DNA of 64,000 nucleotides from assembly GCA_016198755.1 (NCBI GenBank), contig JACQIB010000002.1, positions 32,001-96,000 of the forward strand. The letters are read 5' to 3'. A program made the position numbers and the translations under genes. The notes beneath the pieces were generated by a model. That model was given only the letters and a program-made list of their open reading frames with translations, ran no database searches and was not told the DNA's origin. Positions within the stretch are counted from its first letter, which is position 1. Every line of letters starts with the position of its first letter. This DNA is from Candidatus Aenigmatarchaeota archaeon. Its GTDB lineage: Archaea; Aenigmatarchaeota; Aenigmatarchaeia; Aenigmatarchaeales; JACQIB01. Positions 10,267 through 19,298 of this stretch are shown here, piece by piece.

Positions 10267-11277
10267 TTATGCCTTTAGTAACCTATGAACCACATCTGCT
10301 ATACACTCTTTTCTCTGCCCGTAATTGAAAATTTCCTTTATCCTTTCCCTTCCTATATTTCCAAGTCTTTCAACTAGTTCCCCATTTTTAAGTACCTTTA
10401 GTATCGCTTCCGCCAGCTTCTTTGGATTTTTTACAGGCACATACAATCCAGCCCCGCCAGCTACCTCTGGAGTAGCCCCCTTTCTGCTAACAATAACTGG
10501 CAATCCACATGCCATTGCCTCTGCCATAGCTAATCCAAACCCCTCGTGCATTGAAGGCTGAACAAAAGCTACAGATTTGTTTACTAACCTTATTTTCTCC
10601 TTCTCTTTCATCTCCCTAGATTCATGGAACTCTACATTTCTTTCCAATCCAAGATTTTTTACCCTTTCCTTTACAGCCGGAAACCCGTCTATAAGCGTCC
10701 CAATAAGTACAAACTTCGCATCTGGAATATCATTAACTACGATTTTCATAGCATCCAATATGTCCATTATCCTTTTTCTCTCCACATTGTGTTTTGATAC
10801 ATGACTAACTAAAACCACACTTTTTTCCTTCTTAATTTTCAGTGGCTTATACTTTTCCGTATCTATTCCAAAATAACAAAGTTTAAGGTTTTTCCCTCCC
10901 AGCATTCTAGCCTGTTGTAAAACATGTTTTGAATCTACAAGAACAGCATTACTGTTTTTTAACGTCCATTTTATAATCTTTTTCTGCCAATACGGTCTCG
11001 CATCAAATCCAGTTGAAGTTTTATCACTCTTACACACATCACTGCCTGCAGCTACTAGTATGTTAGGCTTACCTATCATTTTGCTGTACATTATTGCTTT
11101 GGCTCCTGAAGAGGCCCAGTAGGCAAAATAAAGGTCAGCATTTTTTTCTATATTGCTAAAAGAATTAGAAACCTTAACTTCGAATCCCAGCTCTTCCAAA
11201 ATCCTTATATCGGTTTTGTAGAACTCTACAACCTTTATCAAGTCAAATGGAGCATTTGCAAAAAAACAAACTTTCAT
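10267..11277 (-). CDS. Glycosyltransferase family 4
   Basis: FVQPSMHEGFGLAMAEAMACGLPVI motif. Confidence 0.92.
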   Translation of the reverse strand: MKVCFFANAPFDLIKVVEFYKTDIRILEELGFEVKVSNSFSNIEKNADLYFAYWASSGAKAIMYSKMIGKPNILVAAGSDVCKSDKTSTGFDARPYWQKKIIKWTLKNSNAVLVDSKHVLQQARMLGGKNLKLCYFGIDTEKYKPLKIKKEKSVVLVSHVSKHNVERKRIMDILDAMKIVVNDIPDAKFVLIGTLIDGFPAVKERVKNLGLERNVEFHESREMKEKEKIRLVNKSVAFVQPSMHEGFGLAMAEAMACGLPVIVSRKGATPEVAGGAGLYVPVKNPKKLAEAILKVLKNGELVERLGNIGRERIKEIFNYGQRKECIADVVHRLLKA

Positions 11278-12347
11278 TTTTCAAGCCCCCGCACAACTTC
11301 TATCGCTTTTTTCGTAAGATCAGGCTTAAATTCGATACTAACAGTCTTTATTTTCATCTTTTCTATCTTTTCTGCAGCTTCTAACATTCTATCACCATCT
11401 ACACCAGTAACAAATACCAACCCCTTATTTAAAAGCTCTCTGAACGGTGTAAATTTGTTTGTAACTATACATGGCTTTCCAAGAACATTACACTCCTCAA
11501 CAACTCCATTGCTGTCTGTTACAACTATATCAGCTGCTGCAATGAGTTTCAAATATTTCTCATAAATGACAGGTTCCACAACCATGACTTTTTCCTTATC
11601 CAAACCCAAAAAGAAGCCATACTTTTCCAGCATATTTCTTATGATAGGATTGGCAGAGAATATAACTCTTCCACTAACAGCAACGCAAAACTTTTTCATT
11701 TCTTCCACATCATTTCTGTTTTTTATGGATCTCACGCTATTTACCAGTACAAATCTCCCAGTAACAGTCTTCTTATTTCCCAATCCCAAAACATACGAAA
11801 CTACATCTGTCATTAAATTACCTACAAAAAAAATCCTGTTTTTTGATATACTTTCCTTTTTTAAATTTTCTTCAAAATCCCTATATTGTACAAACAAGTA
11901 GTTGCTCAAGTGGTCTGCTATCCAATACATTAAGTCCAGTGTATAGGAGCCAAAGGCTTTAGAGCGGAATCCGGATTCAAAATGTAAAACCTTTTTCCCC
12001 GTAAGTTTTCCTGCAAATACAGCAGCCAGTGATGACATTGTGTTACCATGCGAAATCACGATTCCTTTATTGTTTATAAAAACTTTTGCAAGCTTTATTG
12101 TTGTAAGAACAAACCAAAATATACCAAGAGCTGTAGATAAGGGAAACGGCAGCTTAGACCACACACTCCTATACGACCTGCCAAAATGAATATCCGGAGC
12201 AGGAATTTTCAATGCTTTCTGTAGTTCAGAATTATCATGTTGTCCTGTGTCTATTATAACATTATCTTCGTTTTCAGACTTAAGCAGCTTTATGAATACT
12301 GATAATTTTATCAGTTCAGCCCTTGTCCCGTATACAACAATAACCAT
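11274..12347 (-). CDS. UDP-N-acetylglucosamine 2-epimerase family protein (divergent)
   Basis: VYGTRAELIK, DTGQH, HFESGFRS, FVGN, VTDSNGVVEE motifs. Some catalytic positions appear altered (see findings). Confidence 0.8.
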   Translation of the reverse strand: MVIVVYGTRAELIKLSVFIKLLKSENEDNVIIDTGQHDNSELQKALKIPAPDIHFGRSYRSVWSKLPFPLSTALGIFWFVLTTIKLAKVFINNKGIVISHGNTMSSLAAVFAGKLTGKKVLHFESGFRSKAFGSYTLDLMYWIADHLSNYLFVQYRDFEENLKKESISKNRIFFVGNLMTDVVSYVLGLGNKKTVTGRFVLVNSVRSIKNRNDVEEMKKFCVAVSGRVIFSANPIIRNMLEKYGFFLGLDKEKVMVVEPVIYEKYLKLIAAADIVVTDSNGVVEECNVLGKPCIVTNKFTPFRELLNKGLVFVTGVDGDRMLEAAEKIEKMKIKTVSIEFKPDLTKKAIEVVRGLEK

Positions 12348-12360
12348 ATCAAACCCAATA

Positions 12361-13350
12361 TTAAACTTTTAAATTAACTCTCATTCTCTCTTCCCACCAT
12401 TTTAACATATCATTTAGCGTCTGGTCCATAGGAATTACAGGTTTCCAGCCAGTTTTTGATACAAATTTTAAATTGTCACCTGCAATAACCCTTTCATCAG
12501 CCGGTCTCAGGAGAGTTTTATCTTGAATCAGATCTGCCTTTACACCGCTTAATTCCATCATCCTTTTAACAATATCACCTATTTTATGAAGCTTGCCTGA
12601 ACATAAGTTATATGATTCTCCCCACTCACCAGAATCACCGGCAAGCCATATGGCTGCTGCCATATCCCTCCCGTCTGTAACATCCCTATAATTCTCCAAA
12701 TTCCCACACAATATTTTATTTCTTACTCCAAGTTTAACTTCTATTATACGTTTTGCATATGCAGAGCATGCATCCTTTGTTTTGCCTGGCCCAGTAGTAT
12801 TAAAAATCCTGCAAACAACAGTTTTTATACCATAATTTTTAAAGTACTGATAGGACAGTAAATCCTGTGCAACTTTACTCACCCCATATGGATGCAATGG
12901 CTTCAGCTGGTGGGTTTCTTTTGTTGGCAGATCTTTCTCCTCTACTATACCATATTCTGCCGAAGAACCGGCAACAACTACAATAGGATTTATTTTTAGG
13001 TCTCTTATAGATTCAAATATATTTATAGTTCCTATGACATTGGTTTGAATTGTTTCCTGTGGATATTGTAAGGAATATGTAGGGGATGCCTCTGCTGCCA
13101 AATGGAATATTTTGTCCGGTTTAAATTCTTCAATAAGCCTCCTGACAGCATAAAAATCCGCAACATTGCAATATACAAGCTTCATCTTTGTTTCTATATC
13201 ATCTATAAGATTTTTGTTCTGTATATCTTCTAGGTTGGCATAATCATCACTCTTCCAGTACACACCAATTACATTTTCTCCTTTATTCAAACAAAGTCTA
13301 GAAAGAAAACTACCTATAAACCCAGATGCTCCAGTGATGAGTACTGTCAT
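12361..13350 (-). CDS. GDP-mannose 4,6-dehydratase / Rmd-like SDR
   Basis: LITGASGFIG, FHLAA, AGSSAEYG, PYGVSK, RIFNTTGP, GNLENYRD, LRPAD. Confidence 0.85.
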   Translation of the reverse strand: MTVLITGASGFIGSFLSRLCLNKGENVIGVYWKSDDYANLEDIQNKNLIDDIETKMKLVYCNVADFYAVRRLIEEFKPDKIFHLAAEASPTYSLQYPQETIQTNVIGTINIFESIRDLKINPIVVVAGSSAEYGIVEEKDLPTKETHQLKPLHPYGVSKVAQDLLSYQYFKNYGIKTVVCRIFNTTGPGKTKDACSAYAKRIIEVKLGVRNKILCGNLENYRDVTDGRDMAAAIWLAGDSGEWGESYNLCSGKLHKIGDIVKRMMELSGVKADLIQDKTLLRPADERVIAGDNLKFVSKTGWKPVIPMDQTLNDMLKWWEERMRVNLKV

Positions 13351-13467
13351 AGAAAAGGGCTGGTCAGTTACAAATAAAAACCTATTGGTATCATTGCTAC
13401 ATATTATGCAGAGATCCTATACCCATTTAAATCCCAAAACAACCTCTGTAAATAGAAAGATGATATA

Positions 13468-14961
13468 ATGAGAACAATAGATAAGGCAATAAGCAATACA
13501 TTTTACCTTTTCTTGGACTGGTTGGGAGTTGCAGTTTCAGGTTACTTATACTGGGTTATTATAGGGAAGCTGTTGCAGCCTGCAGATGCTGGTGTTGTAT
13601 CAGCGTTTATAAACTTCTCGCTTCTAATAAGCGGTCTTTCCACTTTAGGATTATTGACTGCAGTCAGTAAGCTTTTGCCGGAATATGAAATAAAGGGACA
13701 GAAAGAAAAACTCGTTGGAACAATATGGTGGACATTCAAAATAATAATGTTACTGAATATTATAATCGGTATTTTGATTGTTGCCGCAAATCATATTTTT
13801 GGCTGGTTTGTCTATAGTACACAATACGATGCGATAGCACTTTCCCTCTTTTTAATAACTATGACAAGCTCTACACTGCTTTCAACTTATTTACAGAGTA
13901 TGCAGCAAATGAAAAGGATTTTTACTTCCAATCTTGTTTTAGCCATATCAAAAATAATTGCAACTCTGGCTTTTATGACGGTTTCTTTCAATTACATAGG
14001 TCCTTTAGCAGGTTTTATAGCAGCTTCCGCTTTAGTGACAGTTATAAGGTTTTTCTGGATGCCAAAGGGAAAGGGTGATATAGATACAAAGGGAATACGG
14101 GATCTTGCTATACCTTCTTTCATGACAATACCAGGAACTCTTTTAGTAAGCAATGGCAGTGTTATTGCCTTAACTGCAATAGCTACAGCCAGTGATGTAG
14201 GCTTATTTGGTTTTGCGCTCATTATAGCTTCTGTTATCCATATAATGCCCAATGTCTTATCCCGCTCTATTTTTCCAATTTCTTCCCAGCAATGGGCAAT
14301 GAAAACCACAGAAAGCCTTCGTCGCCTTCTTTCCCTCAGCCTAAAATATTCTATTTTAATAGCTCTTCCAATGGTAGCCTTTTCATTTATTTTCTCCAAC
14401 GAAATAATACTTTTGCTTTCAAAACAGAGCTATATAGAAGCAAAAAATATCGTGGGAATTTTAGCTGCATCATTCATGTTTTATGGAATATCAAGTATTT
14501 TCACAAATACTCTCTATTCGATGGGTGAAGCAAAAAGAAACAGGGATATATGGAGTGCTGCAGGTGCAATCAATATAGGGCTGACAATTTTACTTTATTC
14601 ACTATACGGCATATCCGGTGCTGCATTCGCTCTTTTAATATCTACAATATTTATAGCAAGTTTAACAATATATTTTTCCATAAAGAAGACCGGAAACTTC
14701 ATACATCCAAAGCCAATAATAAAAATTATAGTTTCCACATGCATTTCATTTATTATAACAATTATTTTAAAACAGTTTTTTCCAGGATACATTTATGCTA
14801 TTCCAATAGCATTAGCATTTCTTTTCATCTATTGCGTATCACTTCTTTTGACAAGGATTTTTGAAAAAGATGACAGCCTTCTTATAGAAAGACTTGAAAC
14901 TAAGATACCCTCCTATATTAAACCGATTTTTAACAAATTAGCCTCTTTTATACCCAAATAA
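13468..14961 (+). CDS. Oligosaccharide flippase (Wzx/MOP superfamily, AglR-like)
   Basis: About 14 hydrophobic segments, LGLLTAVSKLLPE, DVGLFG, YGISGAAFA patterns, located inside the glycosylation locus. Confidence 0.85.
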   Translation: MRTIDKAISNTFYLFLDWLGVAVSGYLYWVIIGKLLQPADAGVVSAFINFSLLISGLSTLGLLTAVSKLLPEYEIKGQKEKLVGTIWWTFKIIMLLNIIIGILIVAANHIFGWFVYSTQYDAIALSLFLITMTSSTLLSTYLQSMQQMKRIFTSNLVLAISKIIATLAFMTVSFNYIGPLAGFIAASALVTVIRFFWMPKGKGDIDTKGIRDLAIPSFMTIPGTLLVSNGSVIALTAIATASDVGLFGFALIIASVIHIMPNVLSRSIFPISSQQWAMKTTESLRRLLSLSLKYSILIALPMVAFSFIFSNEIILLLSKQSYIEAKNIVGILAASFMFYGISSIFTNTLYSMGEAKRNRDIWSAAGAINIGLTILLYSLYGISGAAFALLISTIFIASLTIYFSIKKTGNFIHPKPIIKIIVSTCISFIITIILKQFFPGYIYAIPIALAFLFIYCVSLLLTRIFEKDDSLLIERLETKIPSYIKPIFNKLASFIPK

Positions 14962-14962
14962 T

Positions 14963-16006
14963 TCACAGTAATTTCATAAAGAAGAGTGCAAAACCCAGCA
15001 TACATAATATAATTTGTAGACCAACCAATCTATAGACAATTCCGCGTTCAGTATTCCTACCGTTCATGAAAACATGAGTTAGAGAATATATTTTATCATA
15101 CTTCGATTTCAAAGAGCCATCCTTCTGCAAAATACCAAAGCTCTGCGCTTTAAATCTAGATCTGGCTTTCAATGCAAATTCTATAAACCATGGGAGGAAA
15201 AGGAATGCTACAAATCTTTCCATATTCCCTATTATTGCTGCAGTTGCTATAACAGCTCCTATGGCATATGTAAGGCTGTCTCCAGGCATTATTTTTGCAG
15301 GATATTTATTATATAAAAAAAATGCAAACAAGCCAGCTGCAAATATCAATGCTATAGAAGCTGCCGGAATTTCACCTATTATAAGAGCAAAAATTCCTAT
15401 AGATCCAAGAGTTACTGCTCCAAGACCAGCTTCCAGTCCGTTCAACCCAGCCAACATGTTTGTTGCATTTGAAGCTCCAACTATAGCTATAGGTACTATC
15501 AATAGCGGGTAGAGTATACCCAGATCTACAGGTCCAAGAACCGGCAAATATAGGACTGTATTACCTGCTAATATTGCCATTAATGGTATTGCTGCAGGAA
15601 GAGTGAAAAGTGGTTTTTGCCACTGTTTCAGACCTATACGTTTTATGTTTCCAAAAACATCTTTTTTCATTTTTTTCTTTATCAATCTACCAAGGTCATC
15701 AAACATTCCTATCAAAACAACTATCAGTATAGTAGAAATTGAAATCAATATTTTTACCATTACAATATCCGCCTTCAAATCATAGAGGAAAACACGTGCT
15801 CCAATGAAAGCAAATATTCCTATTAAAAATCCTACAACAACAGCCGGTCCACCCATTTCAGCTATTTTCGGTTTTTCTATTTTCTGAACATCTATTCCAA
15901 CCATACCGCTTAATTTCAGGAATTCTATCAATCTGGGTAAAACAAGATAGGCTACTGCAAAGGCTATGAACATAGCTGTTGCGATTGTAACTGACAACTT
16001 ATACAC
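14963..16006 (-). CDS. aglH: UDP-GlcNAc:dolichyl-phosphate GlcNAc-1-phosphotransferase (AglH/Alg7, MraY-like)
   Basis: GIDVQK, AEMGG, IGMFDD, NATNMLAGLNGLE, NKYPAKIMPGDS, IYSLTH motifs. Confidence 0.88.
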   Translation of the reverse strand: MYKLSVTIATAMFIAFAVAYLVLPRLIEFLKLSGMVGIDVQKIEKPKIAEMGGPAVVVGFLIGIFAFIGARVFLYDLKADIVMVKILISISTILIVVLIGMFDDLGRLIKKKMKKDVFGNIKRIGLKQWQKPLFTLPAAIPLMAILAGNTVLYLPVLGPVDLGILYPLLIVPIAIVGASNATNMLAGLNGLEAGLGAVTLGSIGIFALIIGEIPAASIALIFAAGLFAFFLYNKYPAKIMPGDSLTYAIGAVIATAAIIGNMERFVAFLFLPWFIEFALKARSRFKAQSFGILQKDGSLKSKYDKIYSLTHVFMNGRNTERGIVYRLVGLQIILCMLGFALFFMKLL

Positions 16007-17600
16007 CTTCTGAATTTATTTTGTATATTATAGTACCATCATTCTCAAAAACTTTTGTGAAGTTCTTTGAGCCCTCCAAATATACAACAAACTTAATTGG
16101 GTAAGCCTGTGAATAGTCCTGTAATTGTATGGAAAATTTCGCTACAAGAATATAATCTATTCCATGTTTTTTCAAAATTGGCAGAACAGTATCATCTTTT
16201 CCTGACAACAATATATCATTCAATTCAGGCATACTCCATATAGCTTTCCTTCCAGAAAGATAAACAGTATGAGCTGTCCAGAGTGATAGTATTGTAGAAT
16301 CTATTGGAGTGTTTTGTCTTATCCAGTCGTTTGACTTTTCAAAATCAGGTGAAAAGGTTTTTACACCCTGCATAACGAAAACTTTTCCTGGCATGTTTAC
16401 ACCAGGTCCCGGAGGCCATATTGCTTGCGGTATTAGGAAGACAACGAAAATAGCTATGATAAAAAGAATTCCTACTTTATAGGCTATATTTTCCTTACCT
16501 TCTAATTTGTACGCTAAAAATGCAGGAAGTATTGAAAGAGGAATAGCAACAGGCAACACATATCTTGCAACGTCCTCTGACCTACCTGTAGAATACTGAT
16601 AAAGTGTTAGAGTAACAAGGAAAAATAACGCTATAATCCACGGTCCTTTATCTTTCCTATAAAATAAGGCAGCTAAGAATCCTGATATAGCAAGGAAAAC
16701 TATAAAGAAATTTCCATATGCAAATTCCATAAAAGCAGGCACTCCAATATTAAGTACATTATTCTCTGATCCTACATTTGCTGTTCTTCCTGCAAATTCC
16801 AAACCAGTAGATGATTGTGTTGTTCCAACATTGCAGCCTGAGTTGTTGAAAAACCTGCCCAAGAACGGATAGTTATCGCATATTGGACTTCCATATAACA
16901 GAGAATTCCTTACCAGCCACGGAGAAGCTATTAAAATCATACAGATAAACAAAATACCGGCTTTTTTCAACCCTTCTTTTTTCAGACCATCTAAAGCAAA
17001 ATATACTATAAAAAACAGAGGCATTATAATACCGCTAATCTTTGTTATTATTGCAAGTCCGCTGAATATACCTGAAAATATAAGGAAAGCTGTTCTGCCT
17101 GTTTTTACATGTTTATAGAAAGCATACAAGGCTATTGTTAGAATCATTATAAACAGCGAGTCACTGTACGCCAAAACACTATGTGTTATTACAGTTGGCA
17201 GCAACAAGAAAATCAGCATCGATAATATTCCTGCTAATCCTGATACAAGATTCCTTACAAGTAGGTATATTGTAAACGCTGTTATAAGCGAGAATATAGG
17301 CAACAGAATTTTTAACAAAGATTCATTCCATCCAAATATATTGAGTCCTGCAAATAAAGTGTGATGTAACGGAGGCCTAAGGTAGCCCATTTTGCTGTAT
17401 TCAGTTTCATAAAATAACGGAGTCCATTTCGGCAATATTTTATTTTCTGATATCCACTTAGACATTTCAGCATGATATCCTTCATCCCCAAACAGTATAT
17501 TTCCACCTACAGAAGCTATAGAATAAACAAACAACCAAAAAACGAAAACTATTATTATAGCAGCAACGTCAGTTCCAAGCAAAACCTTATTTTCTCTCAT
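15999..17600 (-). CDS. GT-C membrane glycosyltransferase (PMT_2/ArnT-like)
   Basis: Luminal-loop GDEGYH acidic motif, RPPLH, YSD, ITKISG, PWLVRN, RYVLP, and a soluble C-terminal domain. Confidence 0.85.
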   Translation of the reverse strand: MRENKVLLGTDVAAIIIVFVFWLFVYSIASVGGNILFGDEGYHAEMSKWISENKILPKWTPLFYETEYSKMGYLRPPLHHTLFAGLNIFGWNESLLKILLPIFSLITAFTIYLLVRNLVSGLAGILSMLIFLLLPTVITHSVLAYSDSLFIMILTIALYAFYKHVKTGRTAFLIFSGIFSGLAIITKISGIIMPLFFIVYFALDGLKKEGLKKAGILFICMILIASPWLVRNSLLYGSPICDNYPFLGRFFNNSGCNVGTTQSSTGLEFAGRTANVGSENNVLNIGVPAFMEFAYGNFFIVFLAISGFLAALFYRKDKGPWIIALFFLVTLTLYQYSTGRSEDVARYVLPVAIPLSILPAFLAYKLEGKENIAYKVGILFIIAIFVVFLIPQAIWPPGPGVNMPGKVFVMQGVKTFSPDFEKSNDWIRQNTPIDSTILSLWTAHTVYLSGRKAIWSMPELNDILLSGKDDTVLPILKKHGIDYILVAKFSIQLQDYSQAYPIKFVVYLEGSKNFTKVFENDGTIIYKINSEGV

Positions 17601-18307
17601 CTACCCACCTTAAATAATCTTCTAATTATTTCCCCCTTATACTTAAAAGCGAAGTTCATATACCCACTTGCCAACCTTACAAAATTTGGTTTTCTGCCAG
17701 TTTCATAGCTGCAAGAAACAGGAACTGTGGCAATCCTGTAGTTATTATCTACACAAAGCCTCAAAATCTCAGGTTCTATCCCAAAATCCACCACATTCAA
17801 TTTTTTTCCAACAGATTTTATAACATCCCTTGAATAGGCTCTATATCCGGAAGATACATCAGCAAAGAACTGCCCTGTGACAAGAAGCACAACTATATTT
17901 ACAATAACATTAAAAAATACCCTTATAGGAGGGAATTTATCCACACCCCTTCTGCTGTACCTAGATCCTATAACAACATCAGAAGCTCCACTTTCAACCA
18001 ATTCTGACAGGGACTCTATCTGCGTCGGATCATGCTGCCCGTCAGCATCCAACGTTATTAAAACATCGCCAGAACCATTCAAAAATTCCTCTAATCCGAC
18101 TTTTGTCGCATACCCCTTCCCTCTGTTTGGCTGGTAACTTATAACTGTAATGTCCTTTCCCTTTAGTTTTTTTAGTTTATCATAGGTTTTATCTCTGCTG
18201 CCATCATCCACGACTATAACTCTTTCTACCTCTTTCTTCGTTTCTTTCACAACTCTTACTATGTTTTTTTCTTCGTTGTATGCGCAAATCAGTGCAACCC
18301 TTCTCAT
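17597..18307 (-). CDS. GT2 dolichol-phosphate glycosyltransferase (DPM synthase-like)
   Basis: AYNEE, VVDDGSRD, NRGKG, TLDADGQH, VIGSR, DVSSGYRAY. Confidence 0.9.
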   Translation of the reverse strand: MRRVALICAYNEEKNIVRVVKETKKEVERVIVVDDGSRDKTYDKLKKLKGKDITVISYQPNRGKGYATKVGLEEFLNGSGDVLITLDADGQHDPTQIESLSELVESGASDVVIGSRYSRRGVDKFPPIRVFFNVIVNIVVLLVTGQFFADVSSGYRAYSRDVIKSVGKKLNVVDFGIEPEILRLCVDNNYRIATVPVSCSYETGRKPNFVRLASGYMNFAFKYKGEIIRRLFKVGR

Positions 18308-18350
18308 GAAATCACACAGCTTTATATTGAAAGCAACCATTTATATACAG

Positions 18351-19298
18351 ATGCGGCCGAAAGTCTCCATACTCATAATAGCAAGGAATGAAGAGCATAA
18401 CATCCCTAAACTTTTTAAATCTTTAAAAAGGCTTCGGTATCCGCGGGACAGCTATGAAATAGTTCTTATAGATGATAAATCTACAGATAATACAGGAAAG
18501 GTTGCAAAATCATTTGGTGCAAGAGTTGTAAGGAATGAAAATTGGGCAGGGCGCGGCAGAGCCCGCAATATAGCCCTGAAAAACGCAAAATATGATCATG
18601 TAGCCTGGATAGATGCTGATTGTGAGATTGTAAATGAAAACTGGCTTAATGACATGATTCCATACCTCAAGGGCAAGGTTGTTGGTGTTGCAGGTACACA
18701 TGTATTTCCTTCACATGGAAATTCTGTACAAAAAGCAATATGGTTCCTGCCAGGCATGCACATGGAAACAGATAAGCCAAAAGAATTTTCCCGTGCACCA
18801 ACAACAAGCAGCTTATTCCTGAAAAAACCACTAATTGATGTCGGAATGTTCAATGAAAAACTTGTTACAGGAGAGGATCTTGAAATTTGCATGCGATTAA
18901 GGAAAAACGGATATAAATTTATGTTAATACCATCTGCAAAAATTATAATAGGATACAGGAAAACAGCTTTCAGGTATATGGAGCAACAAATTGAATATGG
19001 CAGCGAAGGTGCAAAGATTCTTGCAAAGTATCATGGACGGGGAAAAATATTGCTTTCTATTCCAGTCTTAATTTTACTTTTTGCAGCGGCCTACCTTTTC
19101 CCACTTCTAATACCCGTGTATTTAGCTTCTTTATTTCTTCTCCACTTCACTCTATTGGGTCCTGAGATTGCTGTTCGTACATGGATTAGGTCATTGAAAG
19201 CCGGAGGTGCAAACGTATGTCTTGCCAATTTCTGCCTAACATTCCTTAGAAACATTTCCATTATTTGCGGTTTTTTGCGCGGTATTCTCAGAACTTAA
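18351..19298 (+). CDS. Glycosyltransferase family 2 with C-terminal TM helices
   Basis: ARNEE, IDDKSTD, WIDADC, GEDLE, QQIEYG. ATG at 18351, divergent from the upstream GT2. Confidence 0.88.
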   Translation: MRPKVSILIIARNEEHNIPKLFKSLKRLRYPRDSYEIVLIDDKSTDNTGKVAKSFGARVVRNENWAGRGRARNIALKNAKYDHVAWIDADCEIVNENWLNDMIPYLKGKVVGVAGTHVFPSHGNSVQKAIWFLPGMHMETDKPKEFSRAPTTSSLFLKKPLIDVGMFNEKLVTGEDLEICMRLRKNGYKFMLIPSAKIIIGYRKTAFRYMEQQIEYGSEGAKILAKYHGRGKILLSIPVLILLFAAAYLFPLLIPVYLASLFLLHFTLLGPEIAVRTWIRSLKAGGANVCLANFCLTFLRNISIICGFLRGILRT

